This document shows positions 24,582 to 37,229 of a stretch of 64,000 nt of DNA, piece by piece (the stretch's first letter is position 1; each line of letters starts with the position of its first letter). This stretch comes from Leptogorgia sarmentosa (Eukaryota): contig OZ210885.1 of NCBI GenBank assembly GCA_964658305.1, positions 18,600,001 through 18,664,000 of the forward strand, read 5' to 3'. The notes beneath the pieces were generated by a model. It was not told where the DNA came from. It saw nothing but the letters and a program-made list of their open reading frames with translations, and ran no database searches. The position numbers and the translations under genes are program-made.

Positions 24582-27500
24582 ATGAACAATGCTTCGGAAA
24601 TTTTATTTAAAACAAGACAGATTGGAAATTTGGTCGATAGTTTAGCGATAGATGGAACTGTGGCAGGTAGCCCCTGTCAAATGATAATAGACACGGGTTC
24701 GAATATCACGATTATCAGACCAGATATTTTGCGACGTTGTGGAGAGATTCCTGTGAGACTGGAACCAGTACAAGGTAGTGTAAAGACGGTGACTGGAGAA
24801 AGGGCGCCCATCAAAGGAAAAGGGAAATTGACGATACAAATAGGTTGCACCGTGACAGAGCATGAAATTTGGGTTGCTGACGTGGAAAACGAGTGTATCG
24901 TGGGGTTGGATTTCCTAATTGAAAATGCTTGCATTGTGGATGTGCCCCGAAGTTGTCTTCAGATCCAGTCAGAGGAAATTCCTTTAAAACGCACTGGCAT
25001 AAAAAGTTCGGTACCAAGTAGTCGACGGGTTGTCTTAGCAGAGTCCAGGGAAGTTGAGCGGGGGGATTTGGTCAGATGAAACGTGGGGCAGTGTTTCTAC
25101 GACAAGTACTCTACGTGGTGTACCAAGTGATGTCCTTGTGGGAAGAACTCTGGTGAATCTTCAGTGTCCGGTGCTGCCAGTAAGGGTAGCGAATCTGTCT
25201 GATGCAGAACGCAAGATAGAGAAGGGAAGTGTCATAGCCGAATGCGATGCGGTTGAAAGCGTGATGGTGGGAGAAGTACCTCGAACAAAAACGACGAGTC
25301 CAGATAACGTCCCAAGCCATCTGGAAGACTTGTTTGAACGTAGTTCCCGGAATCTAGACGAGCATCAAAAGGAACAGTTACGCCTCTTGTTGAATGAATT
25401 TGCCGATGTGTTTTCAGCGGGATCCCATGACTTAGGACGAACTACAATGGTGAAGCATAAGATTAACACTTCAGATGCAAATCCGATACGCCAACCACCT
25501 CGCCGACTCCCACGTCTGAAGAAAGCTGAGGCAGCAAGTGCCATCGACGACATGTTGAAGCAAGGCATCATAGAGCCATCTTCAAGTCCCTGGGCAGCTC
25601 CTATCGTTCTTGTAAAGAAGAAGGATGGAACAAGCAGATTTTGTGTCGATTAGAGAAGGCTTAATCAAGTAACCAAAAAGGACTCGTATCCACTTCCGCG
25701 AATAGATACCACTTTGGATGCATTTTCTGGGTCGACATGGTTCTCCACCCTCGACCTTAAAAGTGGATACTGGCAAGTCGAGTTGGACGACGACGCAAAG
25801 GAGAAGACCTCGTTTACTACTGGTGATGGGTTGTGGCAATTCGTGGTGATGCCCTTCGGCTTATGTAATGCTCCGGCAACCTTCGAGAGATTAATGGAGA
25901 TGGTTTTAGTTGGTCTTCCATGGTCTACCTGTCTAGTGTATTTGGACGACATCATCGTCCATGCTAAGACATTCGATCTAGCCGTGCAGCATCTACGAGA
26001 AGTTCTCATTCGTCTTCGAAATGCATTGTTAAAGTTGAACGCTAAAAAATGTGAACTGTTTCAGCATCAAGTAGCGTATCTTGGTCATGTGGTGAGCGAA
26101 GAGGGCATAGCAGTGGACCCAGATAAGGTCGAGGCTGTCTCGAAGTGGCCAATCCCAAAGAACAAGAAGGAGTTACGAACATTTCTTGGCCTTTGTTCTT
26201 TCTATCGGAAGTTCGTTTGCTCAAGTGGCAAAACCCTTGCACAGACTAACAGAGAAAGAGGTTCCTTATCTATGGACAGACGATTGCCAGACTGCGTTTG
26301 AGCAACTTAAAGCCTCCCTCATGTCAGCTTCTATTCTTGGCTACCCTATCCAGGAAGGTCGTTTTATTATGGATATGGACGCGAGTGATTTTGGACTAGG
26401 TGCGGTTCTGTCACAAGAACAGAATGGACAAGAAAAGGTGATCTGTTATTTTAGCAGAACTTTGAGTCGTGCAGAAAGAAACTACTGCGTAACCAGGAAG
26501 GAGCTTCTAGCATTGGTAAAAGCGATCAAACATTTCCATTACTATTTGTACGGACAGGACTTTCTGGTGCGAACGGACCACGCGTGCTTGCGCTGGTTAT
26601 TAAATTTTCGACTTCCAGAGGGCCAAATTGCCAGGTGGATAGAGAAACTACAGCAGTATAACTTCTCAATAGAACACCGTCCAGGGCAACTCCACGGTAA
26701 CGCTGACATATTGTCTCGTCGCCCTTGCAGTGAGGTTGGTTGCACGTATTGTTCACGACTTGAAGAAAAAGAACAACTACATTTGCAGACAAGGGTGGTG
26801 ACAAGAGAAAACTTCAGTCAAGAGGAAGACCCTGAAGTGGTCCCAGGTGTTGAACAGACGACATTTCATGTTTGGAACGCGAAGGAGTTAATGGAGAAAC
26901 AAGCTGAAGATCCGGATATTGCACCTCTTGTCGAATGGAAGACCTGCATGGAAGCAAAGCCATCATGGGATCAAGTATCGTCCACTAGTCGTGCAACGAA
27001 AGCGTATTGGACCCAATGGGAATCTCTCAAACTAATTGGAGGGTTACTTTATCGATGTTGGGAAAGTGATGATGGCCGAAATACTACGCACCTGTTAGTG
27101 GCGCCAAAGTCTATCCACAACGAGATACTTGGCCAGCTACATTGTTCAACGACAGCAGGGCACTTTGGAGTGAAAAAGACCGCAGCGCGTGTCAATCAGC
27201 GTTTCTACTGGTTTAAATGGCGAAAGTTCGTAGAAGATTGGTGCAGAAAGTGCGATGATTGTGCATCACGAAAAGGCGAAGGAAACAAGCATTGTGCTCA
27301 ACTACAGTTGTATAATGTTGGAAGCCCGATGGAACGAATTGCTGTAGATGTTTTGGGACCACTTCCAATGACTGATTCTGGTAACCAGTATATTCTCCTA
27401 GCTCAAGACTATTTTACCAAGTGGCCGGAGGCTTACCCGCTCCCAGATCAACAGGCAACAACCGTTGCAAATGTTCTTGTCAATCAGTTCTTTAGCAGGT

Positions 27501-28252
27501 TTGGAGTTCCCATGGAACTGCATACAGATCAAGGCAGAAATTTTGAGTCCACCGTATTCCAAGAAGTATGTGCGTTGTTGGATATTTGTAAAACCAGGAC
27601 AACACCGTACCATCCACAGTCTGACGGAATGGTGGAAAGGCTAAATCGCACGATCGAAATTGGTTTAACGATGGTTGTGAACGATAACCAAATGAACTGG
27701 GATGAATGTCTCCCGTTATTCCTCATGGCTTATCGCACTGCGGTGCACGAGACTACTAAAGTGACTCCATCGCAAATGATGTTTGGGAGAGAAATAAGAC
27801 TGCCTATTGATCTATGTCGTGGAGTCCCGGAGGAAGAGACCATCCCTAAGAGCTCAACCGCGTATGCACACCAGTTGGAAGAAACACTAGACCGTGTTCA
27901 TGTATTCGCTCGAAAGAACATTTCTGAAAGTGGTAGCACAATGAAACAGCGATACGATTCCAAGGTAAGACCATCCCGGTTCGACGAAGGAAGTGGAGTT
28001 TGGCTTCATAATCCGAGGAAGAAGAAAGGACGATCACTTAAACTGTCAAGGAATTGGGAAGGTCCATACGTAGTGGTGAAACATCTCAACGATGCCATAG
28101 TGCGCATCCAGCAAAGTTCCCGTTCTAAACCTAAGGTAGTCCATATGAACCGGCTGAAAGCCTACCATGGGCCACAAACGTTTGAGTGGTTTAAGGAGAA
28201 GAAACAAGAGGTTCCGCCTATGGAATGTACAGTCCCCGCCATTGGAAAATGA
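24582..28252 (+). pseudogene. pol: Gypsy Pol: protease, RT, RNase H, integrase
   Basis: IIDTGS, LDLKSGYWQ, MPFGL, YLDD, DASDFG, RTDH, HHCC, VDVLGP, TDQG, MVERLNRT, WEGPY; stop at 25651 and frameshifts. Confidence 0.95.
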
Positions 28253-29283
28253 GTCACCTACCCAAAATGAGTCATTACGGAGAAGTAAGAGAACTCGCAA
28301 GCCACCATCAAGGTTTACACCGTCTGGGACAGACGAAACTTAGGGACGAGGTGATGTTGTGTACAAGTTATTGACAATTATTGAGCCATGAATTATATGT
28401 AAAATTACGGGTATAAAAAGAGAACGGGTGTGTGTGTGTGAGGCGCGATTGAATGTTCTTGGTAAACAAAATAAAAGTAAGTTTTTACATTTCTGTCGTT
28501 TGGTCTTTCTACATTGGTGAAGTTAGCACGTAACACTACACTACACTGGTCAACTCTCTCGTCTCGCAGATACAAGCATCGTTGTATCTTCATATATAAA
28601 TGCACCAATGGACAAATCGATTTCGACTTCAACCTTAGAACCAACAACAGTATCCATTCCTACAGCACAAGATCCTGCAAAAACCTTCATTTCCCAAAAA
28701 CCAAAAGCCTACCTACCAAACTGGGGTAAACAAAAGCCTACCTACCTTGCCTCAAAAGACTTCAACAATTTGGACGAATCTGTTAGAAACATTGACTCCT
28801 TATATCACTTTAAGTCTTTACTAAATTCACGACCTATATGACTATTCTCCACTCCTTTCTATTCCACTTTTCTTCTATTCCTCTATTACTGTAATTTGTA
28901 AATATAATTAGTAATTATTAGGTTTCATTAATGTTTTTATGTCGATGTAACGTTGTATTGTTATTATAATGTTAATGTTATTTTGTAATGATTGTATATG
29001 GAGGACCCCACTGAAAAACACTTTGGTGATGTGGGTATCCTCAATAAATATGATTATTATTATTATTAATAGTAATGGACCCAAAACACTACCTTGAGAA
29101 ACACTGATAGGAACCGGTTTGAAGGAGGAAAAAGTGTTACCCACGGCGATAAGTTGATTTCTATTGGATAGGTATGACTTGAACCAGTTGACAGAATCTT
29201 TGGAGAGACCATATGAGGCAAGCTTTACGAATAAGAGGAAATGGTCAAAGGCTTTAGCCAGGTCAAGAAAGACAGCTCCAGTT

Positions 29284-30335
29284 TACTTCACTCTCCCCCT
29301 ATTTGACTTGCCACAAGACAAATACTGTATATTAACCTAATAAATTATGTGTCATATAACTAACCGAATATAAATGTATCTTTAGTTCATAGCCCAATTC
29401 ATCTAGTTCATTTCTAGCAATGTTCGCTACACGTTCATGGGCTTTGGTAGCTGCATCTCTTAACGGTCTTCCAACTGCTTTTTCTTGCCTTGCATTTGTT
29501 CCAATATCTTCAACTGGGTTCCTATCACACGATAATTCCATCAGGAATAAAAGTTGCATCGCACGTTCGATGTAGGACTTTCCTGCTCTCAATCATGCCC
29601 CTCAAATGAACAATGCCGACAATGAACGAGTCAATTATCCATTTTCCTCGGTTGCGTGCGTCTCCTTTTATCAGGACTACATCACCTCGCTCCGCCATCA
29701 TTTGCTTAGTCTTGTGCTTCAGCTTGTGTCTTTCTTGCAATGATTTGAGATATTTGTTTGTCCATTTGGAACAAACAATGTCCTTGCATCTTCTCAAGTA
29801 CCTTGCGTGCTTACGAAGGTTGATATTTTCAACTCCGGCAATTTCTTCTTCTGGGTTTTGAGTCGGCTGCATAAACTGCATCGAATTTGGGGTTAATCTC
29901 ATCATCTGGACATCCTCCTCTATATATGACGGCGGTCAATTGTTTACTGTGGTTTTGACGTCCAGTAGAACCTCGTCTAACTCTTTCCAACGCAAGTTCC
30001 CATTTCCGATTGACTTATACAGGACTTGCTTCATCACGCAGACTACCTGTTCGAATCGCTCGCCCGCCCCACCAAGGGGCGCAGCTGAAGTTAAACTTCC
30101 ACTTGATATCTTGCTTCGCCAACCAATCGTTGAGTTTCTCATCGTTTCGAACTACGAACGTGTTTTCATTATCCAAGAATATCTTCTCTGGACGTCCTTT
30201 TCTCGCTCGAGATAGACTGCTCTCGTCAGACTGCACGCATATAATGCCACATAAGCTTTCTTTTCTTTTTTCATTTGGTTTAGATATCTGAACAGGCCAG
30301 CGTAATCAACTCCAATGACTTCAAAGGGTGTCAAA
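29284..30335 (-). mobile_element. BEL/Pao integrase C-terminal fragment with polypurine tract
   Basis: GVDYAG, APWWGG, RGDVVLIK..RGKW; PPT AGGGGGAGAG at ~29290-29299. Confidence 0.85.
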
Positions 30336-30713
30336 CCCTTTTTAAGACCGTATCTAGAGGGGTAGATTAGCAGTCGGAGGACTAAGTTTATTTTAAAAAC
30401 AAACTTTTTTGAATGGGAAATGTGGTTACTGAAAGGCCCATTAAAAACGGCTTCTATACGTTCGCTACGAATGTGTTTTCATTATCCAAGAATATCTTCT
30501 CTGGACGTCCTTTTCTCGCTATAAATCGTTTAAGGCTGAGTTTTAGCTCGAGATAGACTGCTCTCGTCAGACTGCACGCATATAATGCCATGTAAGCTTT
30601 CTTTTCTTTTTTCATTTGGTTTAGATATCTGATCGGCCAGCGTAATCAACTCCAATGACTTTATAAGGTGTCGAACCGGTTGTTCTCTTGAGGGGTAGAT
30701 TAGCAGTCGGAGG

Positions 30714-31148
30714 ACTAAGTTTATTTTAAAAACAAACTTTTTTGAATGGGAAATGTGGTTACTGAAAGGTCCATTGAAAACGGCTTGCACCGAAGAAATA
30801 AGTTTTCTTCACACAATTTGATTTAATCGGATGAAAATATGGAGTATCATATACAAGCTATTCAGGTTTTGAGAAATTTAGTGCACGCTAAGACGAACTT
30901 GCAATGTCCGAAAACTGGATTTTCCGCAATTTTTTCGCGTAATTATGGACCTTTGTGAATTAGCTTGCAATTTGCATTGGTAATGAATGCAAATATCCAA
31001 TTATGCATAAATTAATCGGTAATCACGCAGGAAAGAACTGTATGACTGTATCCAAATTGTATGATTTTTCCGCGCAAGCTGTTTTAATGCGCCTTTCAGT
31101 AACCACATTTCCCATTCTAAAAAAGTTTGTTTTTAAAATAAACTTAGT
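30714..31148. mobile_element. MITE with ~80-bp TIRs
   Basis: ACTAAGTTTATTTTAAAAACAAAC... / ...GTTTGTTTTTAAAATAAACTTAGT; no TSD found. Confidence 0.75.
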
Positions 31149-31266
31149 GCTAGAATATACCAGAGGGTGTTAAACTACCCATGATAACCCAAAGTTTTTG
31201 GAAATTTTGAGCGCTCATTAGTTTAGAGAATGTTTTCATCAGTAAACGTTTTTTTATACACCCTGC

Positions 31267-33516
31267 AGATCAACGATTGAATGCTGGGACAATATGGCAT
31301 CTTGAATTACGAGCTGTAGACTGTAGTCGGCAAACTGTGCAATGAATCGAATTGATGTCAGCCAAATCACTACCCAAACTCATGTTGGCTGCTCCATCTC
31401 GAACAAGCAGATTGCGACGAATGTCCTGGATACCCCAATCATTCAACATATTTTGGAACATCGCAGAAATGTTAATCCCAGTGTGCGACCCTGGGAGTGC
31501 GATCCACAAAAAACTGCATTAACACGCTTAAATTCTTTCTTCACCCAGTGACAAGGAAATAAACGTTTACTTGGAATAAGAACAAGTCGAAATATCTGGA
31601 GTAAAAGAGATATAGTCTCCATCAGGCTCAGCTAGTTCATCTTGAACAACTGTCCTTATTTCTTTGTATACTTCAGGAAGCATTTTGTCTGCAAAACATC
31701 ACCGGCTAGGAAACATGTAGTGAGGCTAAAGATGTGCCATAAAGCCATCATCTTCTACCATAGAAAATTGTTGATTGTCGAAAGCCATCATCTTTGACAT
31801 TTTGGTATGGATGACCCTTGAGCAGCTATCGTTAACATCCCATATTTTCTTACACATCAGGGCATCTTGTAATGAAAGCTGATTTCTTCTTTACCTTTTG
31901 GCTGATTGGACGAAATAGTGGGTGACACCAATTCCGATTCTTTTTTCCCCTTGTAGTACTCTTCTTGGTGGTCTGTCTTCATGTGGGTATGGAGAGGGGA
32001 TGTGCTAAAGCTTTTTTGTCCTTTTTTTGAATACCTCTCTTGATCTTCTTCTGACATATCAGCCATTGTGCTACAGTGTCACTTATGCCATCAACGTGAA
32101 ACCATGCCCAGACAAATGATGGGGTTGCCATAGTGCATTAATTAGTGTAACTTTTGACAAATGTTACTAAAATAAGATGGAAATAACAAGTAAATTTGCA
32201 GAATTTGTAGAAAAGGACATATTTAGCACCAACTGTTAGTGAATCAATCTATATAAATGGCAAATGAACAAAACAGCAGCCAAACTTGCTGTCACACAAT
32301 TTGACAGTCAATGAGATTGTGTATTCGTCATTTTTTTTGACATTTTAAAACTCAAGCAGGCATCCCACTTGCGACGATAAAATAATTGAACAAATTTGAA
32401 AAAATATTTCATATTTTACTCGTTTTGCGAACGTCTTTTGAACGCTGTTTCACTCAGTCCCAGACCAAAGCTAAAGAGCAGTGCTAGTGGTTATAGCTAA
32501 GGGTAAAAAAAATCAAAATCCCATCCATATGGCCTATGTTGCATCAAGTTGTATCATAGGCAGCCCAATAGTTAAGCTGGTTTAAAACAATGTCTCAAAA
32601 CATCAAAATTTTAAGTGAAATCTTTGTTATCGCAATTACACTTCACGTTTACTGACACATGCCCCAAAACAATCGAATATAATACTCTGAATATATTTAA
32701 AACTGTATTGAAATAATATCAGAACCTAAATCTACGATAGTTTTACTATATTCTTACAGTTTTTTTGTGAACAAAACATGTTTGCAAAACGACCAGAATA
32801 CGAAATATTTTTGAAATTTGTTCAATTTTTTCGTCGCTGCTTGAGGTTTAAAGTGCAAAATACGCAATCTCATTGGCTATACTTTTTTGAGTATGGTTGC
32901 AGGACGGTTGTTTGACAGTCAATGAGATTACGTACTCATCATGCTTTTTGCATTTTAAACCTCAAGCAGGCATCCCACATGCGAGATAAGAAAATATGAA
33001 GAAATTTTAAAAAATATTTCGTATTTTAGTCGCTTTGCGAACGTCTTTCGTTCACAAAATTTTGAAAGAATATGGTAAACCTGGCGTAGATTTAGTTTGG
33101 TTGTATGACAAAACAGCAAACTGTAAACAACAAATCTCCATGCTTGATTAAATAATTTTTGAAGCTAAATATCTGTCTTAGGTTTCAATGCTTACAAATT
33201 TCTGTTTTCACTGTAAAAGTGTAAACACAAAAATACATCAACTAACAAAAAAAACCCCACTTAAATACAAACAAAACTCTAAACTGACATAAAATACATA
33301 ATATAAATGAAAAAAAGAACTTCCTTACCTTCATGACACATTAAAAAACTTTAAAAACCATAAAAAACAAACAGCCATTTTGGAAACTAGATTATCCCTA
33401 TGTATCCCCAACTATCATCATTTATGGTTTATCTCAAATCTGGCTGGAATTTTTGTGGGAATCTGGTAAATCCGGCTCTGGCCGGATTTGAAAATTCCAA
33501 ATCCGGTGCACCCGTA
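31267..33516 (-). mobile_element. 5' half of a ZBED1/4-type hAT transposon (BED finger, decayed transposase), with an internal MITE-like inverted repeat at ~32302-32880
   Basis: MATPSFVWAWF, STSPLHTHMK, FSMVEDDGF, SHTGINI, VRDGAANM, IHC; terminus TACGGGTGCACCGGAT. Confidence 0.78.
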
Positions 33517-33770
33517 AAATTGACGCAGAATCTGCTGGGCAAGCAATGGTGAATACTTGGGATGAGTATGGTATGGACGAAGAAGCCCCTTTTCCGGATG
33601 TGGACACTGATAATGATGTGATTGTTCCTGAGGCCCAAATTCAATTAAATGTAAACCAACAACTCTATTTAGATGGTAGTAGATGATGGCACTAGTAGAT
33701 GATGGCAATGAAGGAATTGATTTATGTCAACAAACTGTTGGTGAACTTTCAAATACATAGGACTCAAAAT
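33517..33770 (+). pseudogene. C-terminus of an integrase-core (IS3EU-like) transposase
   Basis: WDEYGMDEEAPFP..VIVPE..L..DGNEGIDL; family recalled from the motif, not searched. Confidence 0.45.
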
Positions 33771-34332
33771 AGGAAGAAACACATTAATTTTTCAACTTAC
33801 TGTTTGAGAATAAACAACTAATTAACAATCAAGCTATGTAACTGTTAGTATTTAGCATTTTCCATGAAGGCCAAAGGCTGCTATCTTCGAGGTTCTAAAA
33901 ATGGTGCCTAAAAAGGCTAATTAAACTGGATTTCAATAATAACCAATAAATTTTAGACAACTATATTTATCAACAACTAAAAATATAAATATTTCAAAGC
34001 TTAAAAAAATCAGTGTGCTGACACAATGAATGCTGACCAAATGCAGTGTGCTAGTCAATTGAAGTGCAAAAACGCCTGTGCATATTGTCCACTTGATGTC
34101 TATTACTTTACCAAAATGTTAAATAACCTAAAGCATATTTTTGCATGTCCATTATAGGGAAAGTACTCATTGTATAATTCTTGCACAAAAAGTGTAACTT
34201 GTAAAATCTAACGAAATCTACTGTAAATTAATAAAAAATCAGGTTCTCAAACCTCTGTGAATCCTGAATTCCTTGCTTCAGAGCAATGTCCATGTTGTTG
34301 TTAAACATGCTTTTTGATGAATGAACTGTTGG

Positions 34333-34567
34333 TGTCTGAACGTTATTGTACACGGGGCAGGACTGTTGTATTCATAAGATATTATATATAGATTAGTTCT
34401 TATTCATAGTTACGTTTCTCGGGCGAGCTGTGGCCCATTACGGGAAGACACGAACATGGCACGAGGTTTTTTGCACGCCTTATTATTGTTGCTTTTAGTA
34501 TATATAGTTACACGAGGTTGTACTCTTTCATCGCACAACGACAACTATTCAATATATCACTTTAACA
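34333..34567. mobile_element. Solo LTR (235 bp)
   Basis: TG...CA termini; 5-bp TSD GTTGG at 34328-34332 and 34568-34572; interrupts the HECT LPTV codons. Confidence 0.85.
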
Positions 34568-35517
34568 GTTGGAAGATAGATGATATTTGAACAAGAAGCT
34601 GCCTTCGGTCGTTTTTCATCATCCTCAAGATAATTGACTAATATGGTCATCTTGCTCTCCAATGGGGGCACTCTCCACAGGCCTGTGGTAAATTTCAGTA
34701 TAGACCGGGAGCCAGCAGGGTTGAGCCTAGCTGGAAAGTTAACCAATTTTCATGTATATAGCAATATTCCATATACATGGTTATACAAGGAAACGGGTGT
34801 CTGGCAGGCAGATAGTGGTGGATGTGGTCAGGGGGGCATGATAAGGAAACCCTAAATTTGAGCTAGATCAGCTGGAGAGTTAACCTGATGAAACTTACTT
34901 AAAAATGTTCATCATGACCCTATTTATCATTAATGACTATTGCCAGACAATTTCAGCGGTGGGGTGAGCCGGCCAGACGACCCTGGACTGACAACTTTAA
35001 AATTTTCAAAATTGAGCTAGATCAGCTGGAGAGTTAACTTGATGAAACTAACTGGAAAATGTTCATCATGACCCTGTTTATCATTAATGACTATTGCCAG
35101 ACAATTTCAGTGGTGGGGTGGGCCCGCAAGATATGCCGGAATTTTAGGAAAAGTGTCAATATTCACCGAAGTAATCCTTTAAATGTTCCTGATTTCATTG
35201 CCTAACCCTTATGCACAACACTTTCTGGAGTTTCCGCGTTGACGTCTTGACGAGTAACATCATCTGGCGGTAGACAGAATGAAAGTATAATGTACTGGAC
35301 GCCATACAGTAAAGGGTTAAAAACCAGATTTCAAAAATGAAATGAAGGAAACACTTAAAAACAGAGAAATAGCGCGCATGTGTTATAGTAAAAAATAAAG
35401 GTCGCCTGGGAGAGGCCGCTGTGCTGTGTACAGTCCTTTCAGTATTTTTACTACGGCCGTCGGCTGCCGAGTGGATGGTATCGAAAAGGATTGGAAGATA
35501 TTCAAGTTAATTAGCGA

Positions 35518-36473
35518 ATGGATGAAGAAGTAAGGCCAAGGGGCGCTCTAGAAGAGGACAATTTGGGAGAGCCAGTTGAGGGATCACATGGTTCTGTCAG
35601 TGGAGAGGTACAATACGTCATAGTTCATAGTTGCCGCGATAATCAAGCATTACAAGTAATATTTTATATCATTATGTTTAAAGCGCAAGAACTTCATAGT
35701 TGTCGCGAAGTTTAACATATAGTTGCCGCGATATTCAGGCATTACTAGTAAGAAGTTATCCTTATGTTTAAACTGCAAGAAAACCTAAATGAATGATGCA
35801 TCAGACAATACAACTACATGCAGAAGGAAAGAGCGGCTGTACAACATTGGGAAGCCATTTAAGTGCACGACTCAATAAGCGTTTTTTGGTAAACAACTCC
35901 AAACATGGAAATATGATAAATTCATCATGAATATGTTTGTCAAAACGCATGCAAAGCAGTTTTTATTTTTGAAATATTTCACATTACAGAATGACGAAAC
36001 AGAGTTTTTCAACCTGTTGCATCTGTCACACAAGAGCGTCTACAGAAGATGAAGGCAAAATGAGAAAGTTCAGCAACACCACATGGACCACAATAAAGCA
36101 TGCGGCTGATATGCGCAAAAAATTTAAAACAGACAAATATGTTGAGGTTACACAAAAAATTTTAGTAAGCAGTGAGCAAGAAACCCCAACACTCAACTAT
36201 CATCCATCTTGTTATAAGTGTTACACAGCAATGAAGCGCCAGCGAGAAACCCTGCCCAGTGACGATGAACCCGCGGTCGCAACCAAAAAGGCTTGTATTG
36301 AGACAAGACGCTGCAGCGTCCTCCCCAAGTCGAATCAGCAGGGTTTATTGAAAGGGAGTTGCATTTTCTGCGGTAAAAGCCGTAAGAAGAGAAATGGAAA
36401 AGAGGAGCCTAGGTTAAAAGTTTCTACAGTTGTAGGTTGTGAATCACTTTGCCAGAGGGTAAATAAATCGAAC
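35518..36473 (+). pseudogene. Academ transposase N-terminal exons
   Basis: CCICH, YHPSCYKCYT, CIFC; putative GT-AG intron at 35608-35989; frame ends at the Helentron B junction. Confidence 0.65.
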
Positions 36474-37229
36474 TAGGGATCCAAGGATAGTGCAAAGTTT
36501 CAGAAAGCACGCAATTGCAATAGGGTGGAGTAGTATCAAGTTTTGAAACTGAGACAATGAAAAAACCGTTGTTGAAAGCTTTGCAATTGTTGAAATTTAT
36601 TCCATGATATTAAACGGAACAACAAGTATATATAAAATGATTTATTCCCTCATATGTTACAGTGACAAGGCTTAATTCTGGTATATACCAGCTGTTGTCT
36701 TTCTTAATACCTAGTTTTAATTATTGACATGAGAACCAACGATTTACAGAGTATAGTATGCATGTGTTCTTGATCAAGTTAGTTAATGTTCTTTATGCCG
36801 GTAAACTACGGTAAGGATATATGTGCTGTGTATTTGTGGTTATGCATGCATGAAGTTCATAAATATTGACTTCAGCCATGGAAAGATTAGTCATCTTTCT
36901 TTGGTCGTGTCTTCAAAAATCTTGGAAGTTTTCATCGTATAGCCATTTTCGGGAAGTTAAGATCACAGACATATTTACGATTGTGCTATAGTTCTCTTAT
37001 TTGATCATCGGTTGCTGACAGTTGACAGTGCAGTGCAGATGAGATACTGCACAATACGTAGTCCAGTATAGTGTCATATACAATATATATGAATGTGTAT
37101 GTGTTGGTCTATGTTGTGTGAAGATTATTATAAATGGCAGTCCTCATTGCAATTTATCCATAGCTTGATTTTCCTTAAACTATTTTAACTATTACGGCAT
37201 TAATTGTTCATATATTACAAAATTATACA

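Larger units (their letters stand above)
23215..28535 (+). mobile_element. Ty3/Gypsy LTR retrotransposon, full span, defective
   Basis: TG..CA LTRs at 23215-23431 and 28355-28535; CTAC TSD; PBS; purine tract at ~28342-28354; gag-PR-RT-RH-IN order. Confidence 0.96.
23171..29067 (+). mobile_element. Short L2-type LINE 3' fragment inserted antisense into the previous LINE and interrupted by Gypsy
   Basis: LPPLSSATEALAT|LHWSTLSSRRYKH reads across the Gypsy; (ATT)n tail; 9-bp TSD AATAGTAAT at 23162-23170 and 29068-29076. Confidence 0.85.
22124..29283 (-). mobile_element. 5'-truncated L2/CR1-group LINE, split into 22124-23170 and 29068-29283
   Basis: FLDLAKAFD and SQGSVLGPLL in the right piece; FINDLP, YADD, FKYL and the 3' tail in the left piece. 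Confidence 0.85.
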
